Assembly: GCA_045403045.1 (NCBI GenBank) | Contig: JAXIPG010000028.1 | Span: 8,086-72,085, forward strand | Length of the DNA: 64,000 bases | From: Terrimicrobiaceae bacterium | Lineage (GTDB): Bacteria; Verrucomicrobiota; Verrucomicrobiia; Chthoniobacterales; Terrimicrobiaceae | Reading direction: 5' to 3' | Shown here: positions 16,438-27,062 of the stretch, in pieces | Layout of the letters: the number at the start of each line of letters is the position of its first letter | How positions within the stretch are numbered: the first letter of the stretch is position 1 | Program-made: the position numbers and the translations under genes | Notes under the pieces: generated by a model | Seen by the model: the letters and a program-made list of their open reading frames with translations, nothing else | Database searches by the model: none | What the model was told of the DNA's origin: nothing

Positions 16438-16647
16438 TAGCTATTGAGAAAGTAGGTTGCCGCCATCACGCTGATCAAAGCGAATTCTTCACTGCGCATA
16501 GGATGCTCAAATGAAAAGAAGATCCATTGAGATCGCACAATTGCAGGGCGAGATGCTCTTTGCCACTAAAAGAAATAGTGATTTTGGATTGGGACTCTAG
16601 TTTCGCAACACGCTTGCTTCTAGTGTCCTGGCATTCAAGTTGCAAGG

Positions 16648-17058
16648 TCACTTTTTCGAGCCGCATCGCCTCGCAATTTGCCAGATCCACCACACAACCG
16701 CGTAAAGGGCGCAAGCTACTCCGAGACCCAACCATCCATTCAGCACATCCTTAAAATCCACGTGGCGTTCTGGCATCCAAATTTGAGCAAATTCAACGGC
16801 TGGAATTAGCAATGCGATCAAGGAGACTGCCAGGATTTGTCTTCGATTCAGAAAGCTTTTCGTCATCAGCGAGCAGATCGCAGCAATCCCGAATAAGCCG
16901 AATGCGAGTTGATTCCGTAACGCGTCGTTGCTATTGAGGTAAATCCTCACTTCTTCCGGCGCCAGAGCGCGCGGAACTTCAGGTCCGGCCTTAAGCGCAA
17001 AGAATAGGACGACTCCCAAACAGAAAAGAATGGCAAGACGCCGGAGGAAGGTTGCCAT
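16648..17058 (-). CDS. VanZ-like small membrane protein
   Basis: 136 aa, 4 predicted TMs. 'PERHVDFKDVLNGWLGLGVACALY' resembles the VanZ C-terminal motif. Confidence 0.5.
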   Translation of the reverse strand: MATFLRRLAILFCLGVVLFFALKAGPEVPRALAPEEVRIYLNSNDALRNQLAFGLFGIAAICSLMTKSFLNRRQILAVSLIALLIPAVEFAQIWMPERHVDFKDVLNGWLGLGVACALYAVVWWIWQIARRCGSKK

Positions 17059-17129
17059 GACGAACCAGCTAACCCTTCAAACGATGGGACCGGATCCTTG
17101 AAAACGAGAGCCTCGCTCTTTCGAAAGTG

Positions 17130-18269
17130 TCAAAGGCCCAGCAAAGCCTCCCATCCCTGGCAATTCTTTCTGACAAAATCGGCAAAATGCTTCCTGAAGA
17201 CCTCCGCGCTGAACCTTTCCGCCTGGCGGCGGATTGCTGCGGGTGTAAAGCTCATCTTCTCAAACTGGCGCACCGCATCGACGAGAGACTCCACGGACTG
17301 TTCGGCAAACAACACGCCGGTTTCGCCCGGGTTTATGGTCTCCGCGACGCCACCTCGGCCGAAAGCGATCACCGGTGTTCCACAGGCCTGCGCTTCCACA
17401 GGGAGAATTCCGAAATCCTCCTCGGCGGCGAAGACAAACGCCTTGGCCCGCTGCAGATGCGAACGAAGCGTCGCGTTGTCCATATATCCAAGCAGGTTCA
17501 CATTGGGCCCGGCCTTTGCGCGAACCCTCTCCATTTCAGGGCCATCTCCGATAATGATCAGCCGTTTTTCCGGAATCCGGCTGAATGCTTCGGCGATCAG
17601 ATCGATTCTCTTGTAAGGGACCATCCGGGACGCGGTCAGATAGAAATCTTCCCTTTTCTCTCCGAGTTCAAAATCCTGCACGGCAACCGGCGGAAAAATC
17701 ACTTCCGCCTCACGGCGGTAAACCTTCATAATCCGGCGCGCGATATAGGCTGAATTCGCAGCGAAGGCGTCCACGCCGCCGGCAGTCCGATAATCCCAGA
17801 TACGGATATAGTGCAACAAGATCCGCACCATCCAGCTCTTCCATCCTTTGGTCAGACCGGCCTGCTGAAGATATTGATGCTGCATATCCCAGGCGTAGCG
17901 GATTGGGGAATGACAGTAGCAGAGATGGCGTTGATCGGGACCAGTCAGGACTCCCTTTGCGAAGGAGTAACTGCTCGAAATGACCAGATCGTAAGCGGAA
18001 AGATCAAACTGCTCAACAGCAAGAGGCATCAGGGGGAAATAGGACCGATAGCGCGTCTTCCCACCGGGGAGATTTTGCACAAAGGACGTCTTGACCTCCT
18101 TGTTCTGAAGAAAGCCGCGCTGCTCCGGCGGGATGGCATCGATCATGCTGAAGACGTCCGCCTGCGGAAAGACCAGGAGGATCTGCTCCAAGACGCGTTC
18201 GGCTCCGCCGTAAAGCGGCAGCCAGTCATGCACGACGGCGATTCTCCGGGTAGCAAGCGTATCAGTCAT
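17130..18269 (-). CDS. Glycosyltransferase family 4
   Basis: 'EDFGILPVEAQACGTPVIAFGRGGVAETI'. Start chosen at MTDTLATRRIAVVHDW, which gives an ATGA overlap with the upstream gene stop (18266). Confidence 0.8.
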   Translation of the reverse strand: MTDTLATRRIAVVHDWLPLYGGAERVLEQILLVFPQADVFSMIDAIPPEQRGFLQNKEVKTSFVQNLPGGKTRYRSYFPLMPLAVEQFDLSAYDLVISSSYSFAKGVLTGPDQRHLCYCHSPIRYAWDMQHQYLQQAGLTKGWKSWMVRILLHYIRIWDYRTAGGVDAFAANSAYIARRIMKVYRREAEVIFPPVAVQDFELGEKREDFYLTASRMVPYKRIDLIAEAFSRIPEKRLIIIGDGPEMERVRAKAGPNVNLLGYMDNATLRSHLQRAKAFVFAAEEDFGILPVEAQACGTPVIAFGRGGVAETINPGETGVLFAEQSVESLVDAVRQFEKMSFTPAAIRRQAERFSAEVFRKHFADFVRKNCQGWEALLGL

Positions 18270-19504
18270 TTTACGTTCGCAACGTCCCTGAGAAGCTGGT
18301 GCATTTGACCGACGGTTTTCTCCATACAAAATCTTTCGCGCGCACTATCCAGCGCGGCAGTGGTCAACTTCGAGGCCAACTCGCTGTTCTGCATGATGCG
18401 GCCCACCGCCAAGGCCAACGCCGCCGGATCAGCTGGGGGAACAAGAAATCCATCCTGGCCGTCAGTGATAATTTCGTCGACTCCGCCCCCGCGAGTCGCG
18501 ACCACCGGCGTGCCAGCCATCATCGCCTCGACAATGACGCGTCCAAAAGGCTCCGCAGCGACCGAGCAATGGGCGACGACATCCATGGCCTGCAGAAGCG
18601 GAGTGACGTCGGATTGGAATCCCAGAAAATGGACCCGCCCCTGCAAACCGGGTTCCTCCGCAACGCGATGCAGTTCATCGCGGTACGCGCGATCGTCCTC
18701 CGTAAAAAGCGCTTCACCTACCACCGCAAGATGCACGCCAGGCAGCGAGCGCAAGGCCTCAAGGGCTACATGCTGTCCTTTCCACCGGGTCAGGCGTCCG
18801 AAAACTCCGAACATGAGTCCGGTGGGGAGGCCGAGTTTGGCGCGCAACGCCTCCTGCGAGAACTTTGACGGACGTGCGAAGTGCGATGGTTCGAATCCAT
18901 TGTAAACCACTTCCACCACTGAAGGCTTCCCGCCCGTCGCTGTGAAGGTCTCCGCCGTCGCTTTGGAATTGGCGATGACAAGCCCCGCCCTTCGCGCAAA
19001 GAACCCAAGGAGCTTCAGGTTCATAGGGCTGAAATGCTCGTCGGTGAGCAGATCATGAAGATGGACAACGAGATTCCGCCTCGTTAACCAGGCAACCAGC
19101 CCGCCAAGCACAATCGCTTTGGGCGTGTTGCAATAGATCAGATTCGCGCCCTCCAAGCGCCGGCGAACTTCCCGATAGAGGGCAAGCAACTGCGGAGCGA
19201 CTTGCAGCATCGCTGAAATTCCTGCGCTCTTGCTCAATTGCTTTGCATCAGCCGGAAGCGCAATGGTCTCTACAAAGACGCCCCGCTCGCGCAGAAAGTC
19301 GACAAACGGCCCATCTTCAAGAAGCAGGACGCGAGACCACCGCGCACAAGCCTGCGCGAGGTCCGCGAGGAAGAGCTCAGCACCTCCAAGCTGGCCGCTT
19401 TGATCTAGAAACACCACTGGCACCGCGTGGCGGGGGCGAGAGGTCGCTGTTCGATTAACGATTTCGGAAGGCATTTCTGTAGACGCCGACAACTCTCTTG
19501 GCAA
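18266..19504 (-). CDS. Glycosyltransferase family 4
   Basis: 'EPFGRVIVEAMMAGTPVVATRGGGVDEII'. The start is either 19504 or the ATG at 19474. Confidence 0.8.
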   Translation of the reverse strand: MPRELSASTEMPSEIVNRTATSRPRHAVPVVFLDQSGQLGGAELFLADLAQACARWSRVLLLEDGPFVDFLRERGVFVETIALPADAKQLSKSAGISAMLQVAPQLLALYREVRRRLEGANLIYCNTPKAIVLGGLVAWLTRRNLVVHLHDLLTDEHFSPMNLKLLGFFARRAGLVIANSKATAETFTATGGKPSVVEVVYNGFEPSHFARPSKFSQEALRAKLGLPTGLMFGVFGRLTRWKGQHVALEALRSLPGVHLAVVGEALFTEDDRAYRDELHRVAEEPGLQGRVHFLGFQSDVTPLLQAMDVVAHCSVAAEPFGRVIVEAMMAGTPVVATRGGGVDEIITDGQDGFLVPPADPAALALAVGRIMQNSELASKLTTAALDSARERFCMEKTVGQMHQLLRDVANVK

Positions 19505-20600
19505 TCACCGGCCAATCGAAGTTGTCTTTGGCATAGGCTTGGCAGGCTGTGTCTGATGGGAGCTTGCCAAGCGCACTGAGACGCGTGGCCAAGCCCTCCG
19601 CGAGGTGATTCGCTGAGGAGCCGTCAAGGATGAGATCCTTGGAGAGAGCGCTCACCACTTCGGGAAGCCCTCCCACGGGAGTGACGACGACCGGAGTTCC
19701 GGCTGCGAGAGATTCCAACACCACCAGACCGAATCCCTCGAGGGCGATAGACGGAACCACGCTTAGGTCAGCAGCCCTGTACGCAACCGGCAAATCGGCA
19801 TCCGGAACAAATCCCGCCAGCTTCACATGGTCCTTCAAATTCTTCTGTTCCACCAAATCGGCCAGCTCGGCTGCCAGAGGTCCGGTTCCCGCAAGCACAG
19901 CGAGGATGCCAGGTTCTCGCTTGCGGAGCTGGTCCACGGCATCGATGAAATTCTCCAAACCCATTCGGCGAGCAAGCCGCCGGACAGTGACCAAAATGGC
20001 CCGGTCCTTCGGCCAACCGAGCTTCTCCCTCGCCCCCACACGAGAAAGGCCGGTGTTAAAGGCGTCCGCTTGAACTCCCCCCGGCACAATGTCAACGCGA
20101 TCCTCCCGAACGCCGAACCGGCGGACCAATAGGTCCCGAAACGCTTGCGAGAGCACGACAAATCGGCGGGCCGAAGCGTAAATCGCTCGTTCGATTGCAT
20201 GCTTGAAAAAAACCGAACGGGAGCTTTCTCCCTCGGCCGCCGACTCATCAGACCAAGGACCGTGAAAATGCACGACATGCGCATTCCGCCAGAGCACATC
20301 GAGCAACGGAAAACCATACAACGCAAAATGCGAGGCAATCAGGGCGGGTTCCGCTGGTCCCTCCGACATCGCTTCCTTAATTCCTTTCCGCAACATCCTA
20401 AAGCGCTGCGGCAACGATTGCCTCCGGCTGCCCAAGAACCGGACTTGTCTCCCTGCGCTTCCGTCTCCACCGTCTCCAAAAACCAGAGCTCTCGCCGAAG
20501 GATCGTTCTTGACGAGTTCCAAGACAAGTCCGTGAAAGTAACGATCCGCTCCTCCGCCGCCCTCCGGAAACCAATGCATGCCGACTTCAATAATTCGCAT
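19455..20600 (-). CDS. Glycosyltransferase family 4
   Basis: 'EGFGLVVLESLAAGTPVVVTPVGGLPEVV'. Confidence 0.8.
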   Translation of the reverse strand: MRIIEVGMHWFPEGGGGADRYFHGLVLELVKNDPSARALVFGDGGDGSAGRQVRFLGSRRQSLPQRFRMLRKGIKEAMSEGPAEPALIASHFALYGFPLLDVLWRNAHVVHFHGPWSDESAAEGESSRSVFFKHAIERAIYASARRFVVLSQAFRDLLVRRFGVREDRVDIVPGGVQADAFNTGLSRVGAREKLGWPKDRAILVTVRRLARRMGLENFIDAVDQLRKREPGILAVLAGTGPLAAELADLVEQKNLKDHVKLAGFVPDADLPVAYRAADLSVVPSIALEGFGLVVLESLAAGTPVVVTPVGGLPEVVSALSKDLILDGSSANHLAEGLATRLSALGKLPSDTACQAYAKDNFDWPVIAKRVVGVYRNAFRNR

Positions 20601-20641
20601 CGGTCGTGTCTATCTTTCGAGAATCGCGGGCAAAGGTTCGG

Positions 20642-21796
20642 TCACGCTTTCTTCGATGTGGAGCCGGCGACCTGCTCCAAAGTGGCGGCCATTTTCTTTG
20701 CGACGGCGGACAGTGAAACTTCGCTCTCGACCCATTTGCGACCATTTTCGCCGAGTTTTTGACGCAAATCTTTTTGCGTAATCATTTGTCGAAGAGATTT
20801 TGCAAATTCGGCGGCATTTTTCTCTGGAAAAACGAGCCCCCCGTCGCTCTTGCGAATCAAGTTGGGTATCTCGCCGGAAGAGGATCCGATCACCGGAGTT
20901 CCGCAGGCCATGGCCTCTGTAATTACCCGCCCGAATTGTTCCTTCCAATTCGGCTGTGTTTCCGAAGGGACGACCAGCACATCGAAGGCGCTGAGATAGC
21001 GAGGAGTTTCTGCATGCGGAACATAGCCTGAAAACACGACCCGGTTTATGATGCCGCCTTCCGTCAGGAGTCGCCTGAAAGTCGCCTCGAATTCCCCAGT
21101 GCCAATAACAACCAGTCGCCAGTTCAAATCCTGCAAAGAAACCAAGGCTTTCACCAGTGTGCGCAAGCCTTTTGCTTCAACGAGCCGGCCGACATATCCT
21201 ATAATCGTCTCGTCGCTGCTCCGGGGGATGAGTTTGAGATCTTCTTCCACGCCCCGCGGGCGGTAAATCCCCGGATCAAGGGGAAGAGCACACACCGTCG
21301 ACATTCCGCGAAACCCCTTGGCAATAATTACTTCTTCCACGGCTTCCGTTATCGGAAAGGCGAAGGAGCTCTTACGGAAAACCGTTCGCTCAAACCAGGA
21401 AAAGGGCGGCGGATATTTCTTAAGAATATTCTGGCACGAGTAGAACCCGAACGGCGCCTTCAATGTCCTCGAGTTGGCCCAACAAAGTTGGGCCGTGGCC
21501 AACGCGTAGGGTTCGTGATTTACATAAATTGCGTCGAAGCGCCCAGCGTCCAGGAACGCCCCCCAATTCTCTTTGTAGATATGGAGGATGATGTTCCCGC
21601 TGTTCCAAACAGGGATTCTTATCAAATCGCCGGAAAATTCCGGCCCTTTCTCCCTGCTGAGGATATTCCCAAATTCATCTTTCCAAGCATCGGGAACGAC
21701 CAGCGTGATCTTCCAGCCCGTTTGGCGTTCCAATTCCGCGTAGATTTGCTGGTTGATTGGCGTAGCGCAAGAATGACTTACGACGAGAAGGTACAT
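20642..21796 (-). CDS. Glycosyltransferase family 4
   Basis: 'EQFGRVITEAMACGTPVIGSSSGEIPNLI'. Confidence 0.8.
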   Translation of the reverse strand: MYLLVVSHSCATPINQQIYAELERQTGWKITLVVPDAWKDEFGNILSREKGPEFSGDLIRIPVWNSGNIILHIYKENWGAFLDAGRFDAIYVNHEPYALATAQLCWANSRTLKAPFGFYSCQNILKKYPPPFSWFERTVFRKSSFAFPITEAVEEVIIAKGFRGMSTVCALPLDPGIYRPRGVEEDLKLIPRSSDETIIGYVGRLVEAKGLRTLVKALVSLQDLNWRLVVIGTGEFEATFRRLLTEGGIINRVVFSGYVPHAETPRYLSAFDVLVVPSETQPNWKEQFGRVITEAMACGTPVIGSSSGEIPNLIRKSDGGLVFPEKNAAEFAKSLRQMITQKDLRQKLGENGRKWVESEVSLSAVAKKMAATLEQVAGSTSKKA

Positions 21797-21798
21797 AG

Positions 21799-22968
21799 TC
21801 AGGTCTCCTTGGGATTCCGGGAACTCAAATATTCTTTATAGGCACTTTCTGTTGCCTCTGTTACCCGATCCCAAGTGTAATTTTGCTCCACCAACTGGCG
21901 CGCATTTCGTCCCATCTCCCTCCGTTTCTGCGTATTCCCAATTAATGGATCGAGGACTTGGGCGATATGCTGGGGATCACTCTTGACGAACTCTCCAGTG
22001 ATTCCCGGCTGAATAAAGTCCTCTGTCCCATTGATTGAGGTTGCCACGATGGGCAATCCGCATGCGGCCGCCTCGATGGTTGCCAGACTAAACGCTTCAT
22101 ACCAGCTGGGAAAAAGAAAAATATCGGAGCTTGCCAAGGCGATTGGAACATCCTTCCGGAAGCCCCCAAAAATTACGCGATTCGACACTCCGCATTCGGA
22201 AGCCAAGGCCTTGAGCGTCTCCTTGCCTGGATCATCACCCGCGATATACAGCTTGGCCCGCCCATCCGGCACGAAGGACAAACCGCTAATGGCAAGATCT
22301 AACCCTTTGCGAACCCACTCGCCACCGGCGAAAATGAGCACGACATCGTCAGCGCCAAGCCCGTTTTCTCTTCTCCACGCGAGCCGCTGCTCTTCAGGAA
22401 TCGGTTTGAAAATACTCAAATCCGCGGCATTGGGTACGATCTTTACCGGGGCGGGTCCGATATCGTAATGCTCCCGCAGCTCGCTTTCCACACCACGCGA
22501 AACGGGCAGGAAGAGAGGCGTCCGTTCTCCCAACCGGTGCGTGTAAAGCTTATGTTCCGCTTCGCTTGTCACTTTAAGATAGAGAGCTCTCGTCGTTCGC
22601 CGGGGCAGCGAAACCCTTTCAAGGCCTCCCAAGCGGTCGAGAATTTTCTTCTTGGCGGGCTGGATATTCTGAATGGTAATTACGTTGGCTCGCAAAGTAT
22701 TGCAGCCAATGCCATGGATGATGTCGAAATATCGCCGTGGAATAGCCCGGTTGACCTTCACATGGTAGCTCAAGAAGTCCGCCACCTCGGGCCACCCAAC
22801 TCCAGGTACTTTATGCCAGCGAATCTTGTTTAAATCCAGATCTTCCGCCTTACGGGCGAAGAGATGAACCTCGTGTCCACGATCAGCCAGCCTCTCGGCT
22901 ACCTCATTGACCGCCCGGGCGCTCCCGTCCCGACGGTTGCAGTTGATCATCGAAAATGCGATTTTCAC
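21799..22968 (-). CDS. Glycosyltransferase family 4
   Basis: 'EAFSLATIEAAACGLPIVATSINGTEDFI'. 2-nt gap to the next gene. Confidence 0.8.
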   Translation of the reverse strand: MKIAFSMINCNRRDGSARAVNEVAERLADRGHEVHLFARKAEDLDLNKIRWHKVPGVGWPEVADFLSYHVKVNRAIPRRYFDIIHGIGCNTLRANVITIQNIQPAKKKILDRLGGLERVSLPRRTTRALYLKVTSEAEHKLYTHRLGERTPLFLPVSRGVESELREHYDIGPAPVKIVPNAADLSIFKPIPEEQRLAWRRENGLGADDVVLIFAGGEWVRKGLDLAISGLSFVPDGRAKLYIAGDDPGKETLKALASECGVSNRVIFGGFRKDVPIALASSDIFLFPSWYEAFSLATIEAAACGLPIVATSINGTEDFIQPGITGEFVKSDPQHIAQVLDPLIGNTQKRREMGRNARQLVEQNYTWDRVTEATESAYKEYLSSRNPKET

Positions 22969-23386
22969 GTGTTTTTTAGCCTCCTTTTCTCACTGTTCCG
23001 CCTTGGAGGTCCGGATACGAGTAAGCTGGCTCTCCGCTGGTAACTTCCGGACCCAATTTCCGCCTCAGGATGACGATCCCCATAGCATTAGTGCTCACGC
23101 GTCGGGCCCCTCTCCATCGATTGCCTCTTCCGGCAAGGGACATTCTCGGATCAGAGAGAAAAGCGCCCCGAACCGGCTCGGGAGGCCGCTTATCTCACAC
23201 TCGGGTGGTTCAGATTGCGTACTGCTTTGGTCAGCCCAGGGGTGAGGACGACCAAGGCATATCAGGGTGATAGAGTGCGGGAGGACGAATCCGCTGGCGA
23301 CTAAATGATTAGCAAGATGGGCCGCCAGACTGTGAGATACGCCGGCTAGGCCTCATGACTGACGTTGCAGAAAATGTCCCCGTCCA

Positions 23387-24715
23387 CTAGGACACGGCAA
23401 CTTGTTTACGAGGCGCCGCACTCCTCATCAGTTGCAGCCTGGCTACGAAAGCACGGAATGCCTTTGGATCCAGCGCTGCGCCGAACACGATCCAAAGAAT
23501 CGAAAACGTGGTGATGAGATTCCCGACGAAACAAGCCGGGATTAGGGCGATCATAAATGCTCTGCCGAGCATCACCTCGGAGGGCCTGTATCCCACTCGG
23601 TATCTTATTGCCATCTCCTGCCACATGCGCCATAGCGCATAAAGCAGAAGCCCGGTTCCAATCCAGCCGAGTTGGGTCATGATTTCCAAATAGCCGGCGT
23701 CGCCGATCACGGGCGCACTGCCGCCACCGACTCGGCCAGAAAGGCCGGTGGCGCCCAGTCCGGAGCCAAGGGGATTTGACAGAATGGCACCGACAGAGGT
23801 TTGATAAATCTCTACCCTGCCTTGAAAGGATCCGTCATCTTGCATGCTCCCAAGCGTCGCAAAGCGGTCCTGGACTTGCTGGCCCATGGCACCCATGCCG
23901 AAATACGCTGCACCACCGATGACGACGAAGCTGATCGCCAGTTGCCAGAATCCGGTTCCGCGATTGACCATCACATAGATCATTGTTGACAATGCCGCGA
24001 GGATTATCCCGGTTCGCGTGCCGGAGAGCAGAATGACCGACAACACAAGGACCACTCCAAGCCAGCTGAGGGGTCGCCATTTCGGCGCCAAGATCATCGG
24101 CACCACGGCAAAGCCAAGAAATCCTCCAAGAACCCCACGCTCAGCCATCGTTGAGAAGACGGCCATTTTTGTCGGTTCCAGGGTTCCCAAGTAGCCCTCG
24201 AATCCTACCGCCCTCACCCAAAAAGCGTCCCACGGCGGAATCGTAAAATATTGGTACCAGCCATACGCGGATGCCCCGATCGCGCACCAGGCGGAAGTGC
24301 GAAGCCAACGATCCTTCGTATTCGAAGTCGGTGACAAGCTCACGATGTATCCAAATACCGCTATTGGAGCCAAGACCTCCCCCAGTGCGAAAACCGCACC
24401 AAACTGGATGCGGAGAAACCCGATGATAAACGCATATCCGATTGCAATGAACAGACAGGTAAAAATGGTCCTCAAGGCCTTCGGCAACATGCCGAAGTGC
24501 GGCAGAAAGGGGATGAGCATAAGCCCGGTAACAAGCAACGGCGTCAAACTGACGGGAGAAAAGGGGTTGAATGAACCGGCATTGTAGTCCAAAATGCGCC
24601 GCAGTTCCCGGTTAAAGACGTAAACGATTACGACATAGTCCACCAAATAGCTGGACCGCTGAGCAGCCAGGGCTACAGCAATCGCAACAATACTTCCGGC
24701 GCAGATCCAATCCAT
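23387..24715 (-). CDS. Wzy-like polysaccharide polymerase / O-antigen-ligase-family membrane protein
   Basis: 442 aa, roughly 10-12 hydrophobic spans. Central 'LLSGTRTGIILAALSTMIYV' followed by a large loop, typical of the Wzy_C family. Confidence 0.6.
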   Translation of the reverse strand: MDWICAGSIVAIAVALAAQRSSYLVDYVVIVYVFNRELRRILDYNAGSFNPFSPVSLTPLLVTGLMLIPFLPHFGMLPKALRTIFTCLFIAIGYAFIIGFLRIQFGAVFALGEVLAPIAVFGYIVSLSPTSNTKDRWLRTSAWCAIGASAYGWYQYFTIPPWDAFWVRAVGFEGYLGTLEPTKMAVFSTMAERGVLGGFLGFAVVPMILAPKWRPLSWLGVVLVLSVILLSGTRTGIILAALSTMIYVMVNRGTGFWQLAISFVVIGGAAYFGMGAMGQQVQDRFATLGSMQDDGSFQGRVEIYQTSVGAILSNPLGSGLGATGLSGRVGGGSAPVIGDAGYLEIMTQLGWIGTGLLLYALWRMWQEMAIRYRVGYRPSEVMLGRAFMIALIPACFVGNLITTFSILWIVFGAALDPKAFRAFVARLQLMRSAAPRKQVAVS

Positions 24716-24808
24716 CAGAGAGAATTCCTAACTGATTATAAGCGAAGATAGACGTTTTTCACGGCGTTGGCAACGCCTTTTCAGTCGCCGGACAAGCCAA
24801 AATCCCCT

Positions 24809-25918
24809 CTACTTCAAAAGCTCTCTCAGAGCATCACCAAGTCGCTTCGCGTATTTTTCCATTGAATATTCGCCACTGCGTTGCTTGGCGCGCTGACCGA
24901 CAGAACGGGCCCATTCCGGGTCGCGAAGATATTTGAGGATGGCTTCTGCCAATTCATCAGGCTTGTTCCAGGTGACGAGCTGCCCTTCGGAATCATGAGT
25001 AATGATCTCTTCGGGTCCGCCCGGCCGGGTTGCCACCACTGGTTTGCCGAGTGACATGGCCTCAACAACGACAATTCCGAATGGTTCGCGCTCCGAAGCG
25101 TGCACTACAATATCCATCGCCTGCATCCATTCCGGAACATTCCGCTGCACGCCAACCATTCGAATCTTTTCCGCCATCCCAAGCGCCTTGATGCGGTCCC
25201 GCAGCCAGGATTCGTATTCGGGCTCGAGATCATGCATGCCACCGACGATGACTCCGCGCGCATTCGGAAATTCCTTGCAAACGGTGGCCATTGCCTCCGC
25301 GTAAACATGAACTCCCTTCCAGTGTTGCAGCCGCCCGACAATCCCTACCAGGGGGCCCTGCTCTTCCAGCCCCAGTTTGCGCCTCATCTCAGGAATGGGG
25401 ATCCCGGCCACGGCCTCAAAGCGCTTCGTATCCGCAGCTACCGGAACGCCGATTACCCTGTGAGGAACGCGTGCCTGTTGTTCACGCGCGACGAAATTCG
25501 AGCAGCTCAGTGCTCCCGCCGCAGGAACCCTCCGAGAGAGCCGATCCACCACGCCATCATCAGGTAGCCCGTGCTGATAATACACCGCCGGCAAGCCACC
25601 AAGTTTGGCCGCGATTCCAGAATAAATATGCGCCTTTGTCATCCATCCGAGCACCATATCAATTCGGTGACTCTTGAGCAGGCGTCGGATTCGCAGAACC
25701 GCTAAGGCATGCTTCCATGGCTCGCGCAACCGTCCGCTCTCAACCACTGCAACCGCTGTGCCTAAGCCTTCGAACACTCGCTTGAGCTCGCCATCCTCAA
25801 GCAATATCACCAGGGGAACCACTAATATTGCCTGTTGCTGGCTTCGAAGGAACTGGACGAGCGCCTCCTCCGCTCCTCCGCGAAGATGGGCTGACGGCAT
25901 AACAATTGCAAGTCTCAC
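24809..25918 (-). CDS. Glycosyltransferase family 4
   Basis: 'EPFGIVVVEAMSLGKPVVATRPGGPEEII'. Confidence 0.8.
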   Translation of the reverse strand: MRLAIVMPSAHLRGGAEEALVQFLRSQQQAILVVPLVILLEDGELKRVFEGLGTAVAVVESGRLREPWKHALAVLRIRRLLKSHRIDMVLGWMTKAHIYSGIAAKLGGLPAVYYQHGLPDDGVVDRLSRRVPAAGALSCSNFVAREQQARVPHRVIGVPVAADTKRFEAVAGIPIPEMRRKLGLEEQGPLVGIVGRLQHWKGVHVYAEAMATVCKEFPNARGVIVGGMHDLEPEYESWLRDRIKALGMAEKIRMVGVQRNVPEWMQAMDIVVHASEREPFGIVVVEAMSLGKPVVATRPGGPEEIITHDSEGQLVTWNKPDELAEAILKYLRDPEWARSVGQRAKQRSGEYSMEKYAKRLGDALRELLK

Positions 25919-25990
25919 AAGAAATTGACCTCGCGTTGCTCTGTCACAAGTTCGCCTTCTTAAAGGGATCGAACCGCAGGCACAAGCACT

Positions 25991-26953
25991 TCAGCCCTTT
26001 TGACAATGCCTGACAGCCTCCAGACGGCCGCGCATCGATGCCCGAAGACGACTGAACATATGGGACTCGCGTTGCACAAGTTGTCGAAGGGCATGCGCCA
26101 CACCTGGACAAACCCCGGACCCAACCAGAATTTGCCAAGTGAATGCCGTGAACCGGAACAATCCGCGTCCGTGCTTTAAAATGACGAGCGTTTCGTTAAA
26201 TGCAATATCTACGGCGCCCGCAAAATCAAAGCCGCCGCGATGGATACTGTCGCTATCAAAGCGCGGCCCTACATGATGGATGATTTCAACCTCAGGATCG
26301 TAAATGAACTTCCCTCCTCTTAGGCGAGCTTGAAGCGCGAGCGCGAGTTCCCAATTCACCTGGGCGCCCTTCCCTCGCAAGTCGGTTTCGAAACCAACCT
26401 CCCTCAGGAAATCGCCACGAAGCATAAAGTTTGAACCTCGAAGGATATCGACCTTTCGGGCTTTTCCGCCGCCTCGGTGGTGATTTCCGGTGATGCGACC
26501 AAACCAATAAAAACGCCCAACATCCTCTGTCACCGGCTCATTGCGGCGCATCTCAGGATGATCCTGAAGCAAATCCCGCCCCCCGGCCGCATAGACATCG
26601 GAATGCGACCGAATATGCCCTACCATTCGCTCAATCCAATTGGGTGGCAATTCAATGTCATCATCCAAAAGCGCGATATAATCGCCGCTCGCTTCGCGTA
26701 GACACGAGTTCATCGAGCCGACCACGCCTACCCCCTTTGCCTCCACCGGCCGCACCGACAGCCGCTCGCGATACGTCTTCAGGACGTCGTCGTTCGAATG
26801 GTCATCGGCGCGAATCCCAACCAATATCTCATTAGCTGGCTTTGTTTGAGGAACTAGGGAGCCCAAACACCTGGCGAGATGTTCCGGCCTGCGAAGCGTC
26901 GGAATGATCAAGGAAACTTTTCCTTCTTTAGGACTCTGATTGTCCACGGGCAT
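25991..26953 (-). CDS. Glycosyltransferase family 2 (GT-A)
   Basis: 'VSLIIPTLRRPEHLARCLGSL' and 'ALLDDD', an N-terminal GT2 fold with an acidic motif. Confidence 0.7.
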   Translation of the reverse strand: MPVDNQSPKEGKVSLIIPTLRRPEHLARCLGSLVPQTKPANEILVGIRADDHSNDDVLKTYRERLSVRPVEAKGVGVVGSMNSCLREASGDYIALLDDDIELPPNWIERMVGHIRSHSDVYAAGGRDLLQDHPEMRRNEPVTEDVGRFYWFGRITGNHHRGGGKARKVDILRGSNFMLRGDFLREVGFETDLRGKGAQVNWELALALQARLRGGKFIYDPEVEIIHHVGPRFDSDSIHRGGFDFAGAVDIAFNETLVILKHGRGLFRFTAFTWQILVGSGVCPGVAHALRQLVQRESHMFSRLRASMRGRLEAVRHCQKG

Positions 26954-27062
26954 GATGTTGATACTAATCTCCTCTCGAAAAAGCCCAGGCGGAAGAAAGG
27001 TGCAGTTTCTGACCCGCCGATCACAATCGAGACGGGATTTACGGCTCTCTTCATGAGAGAAC

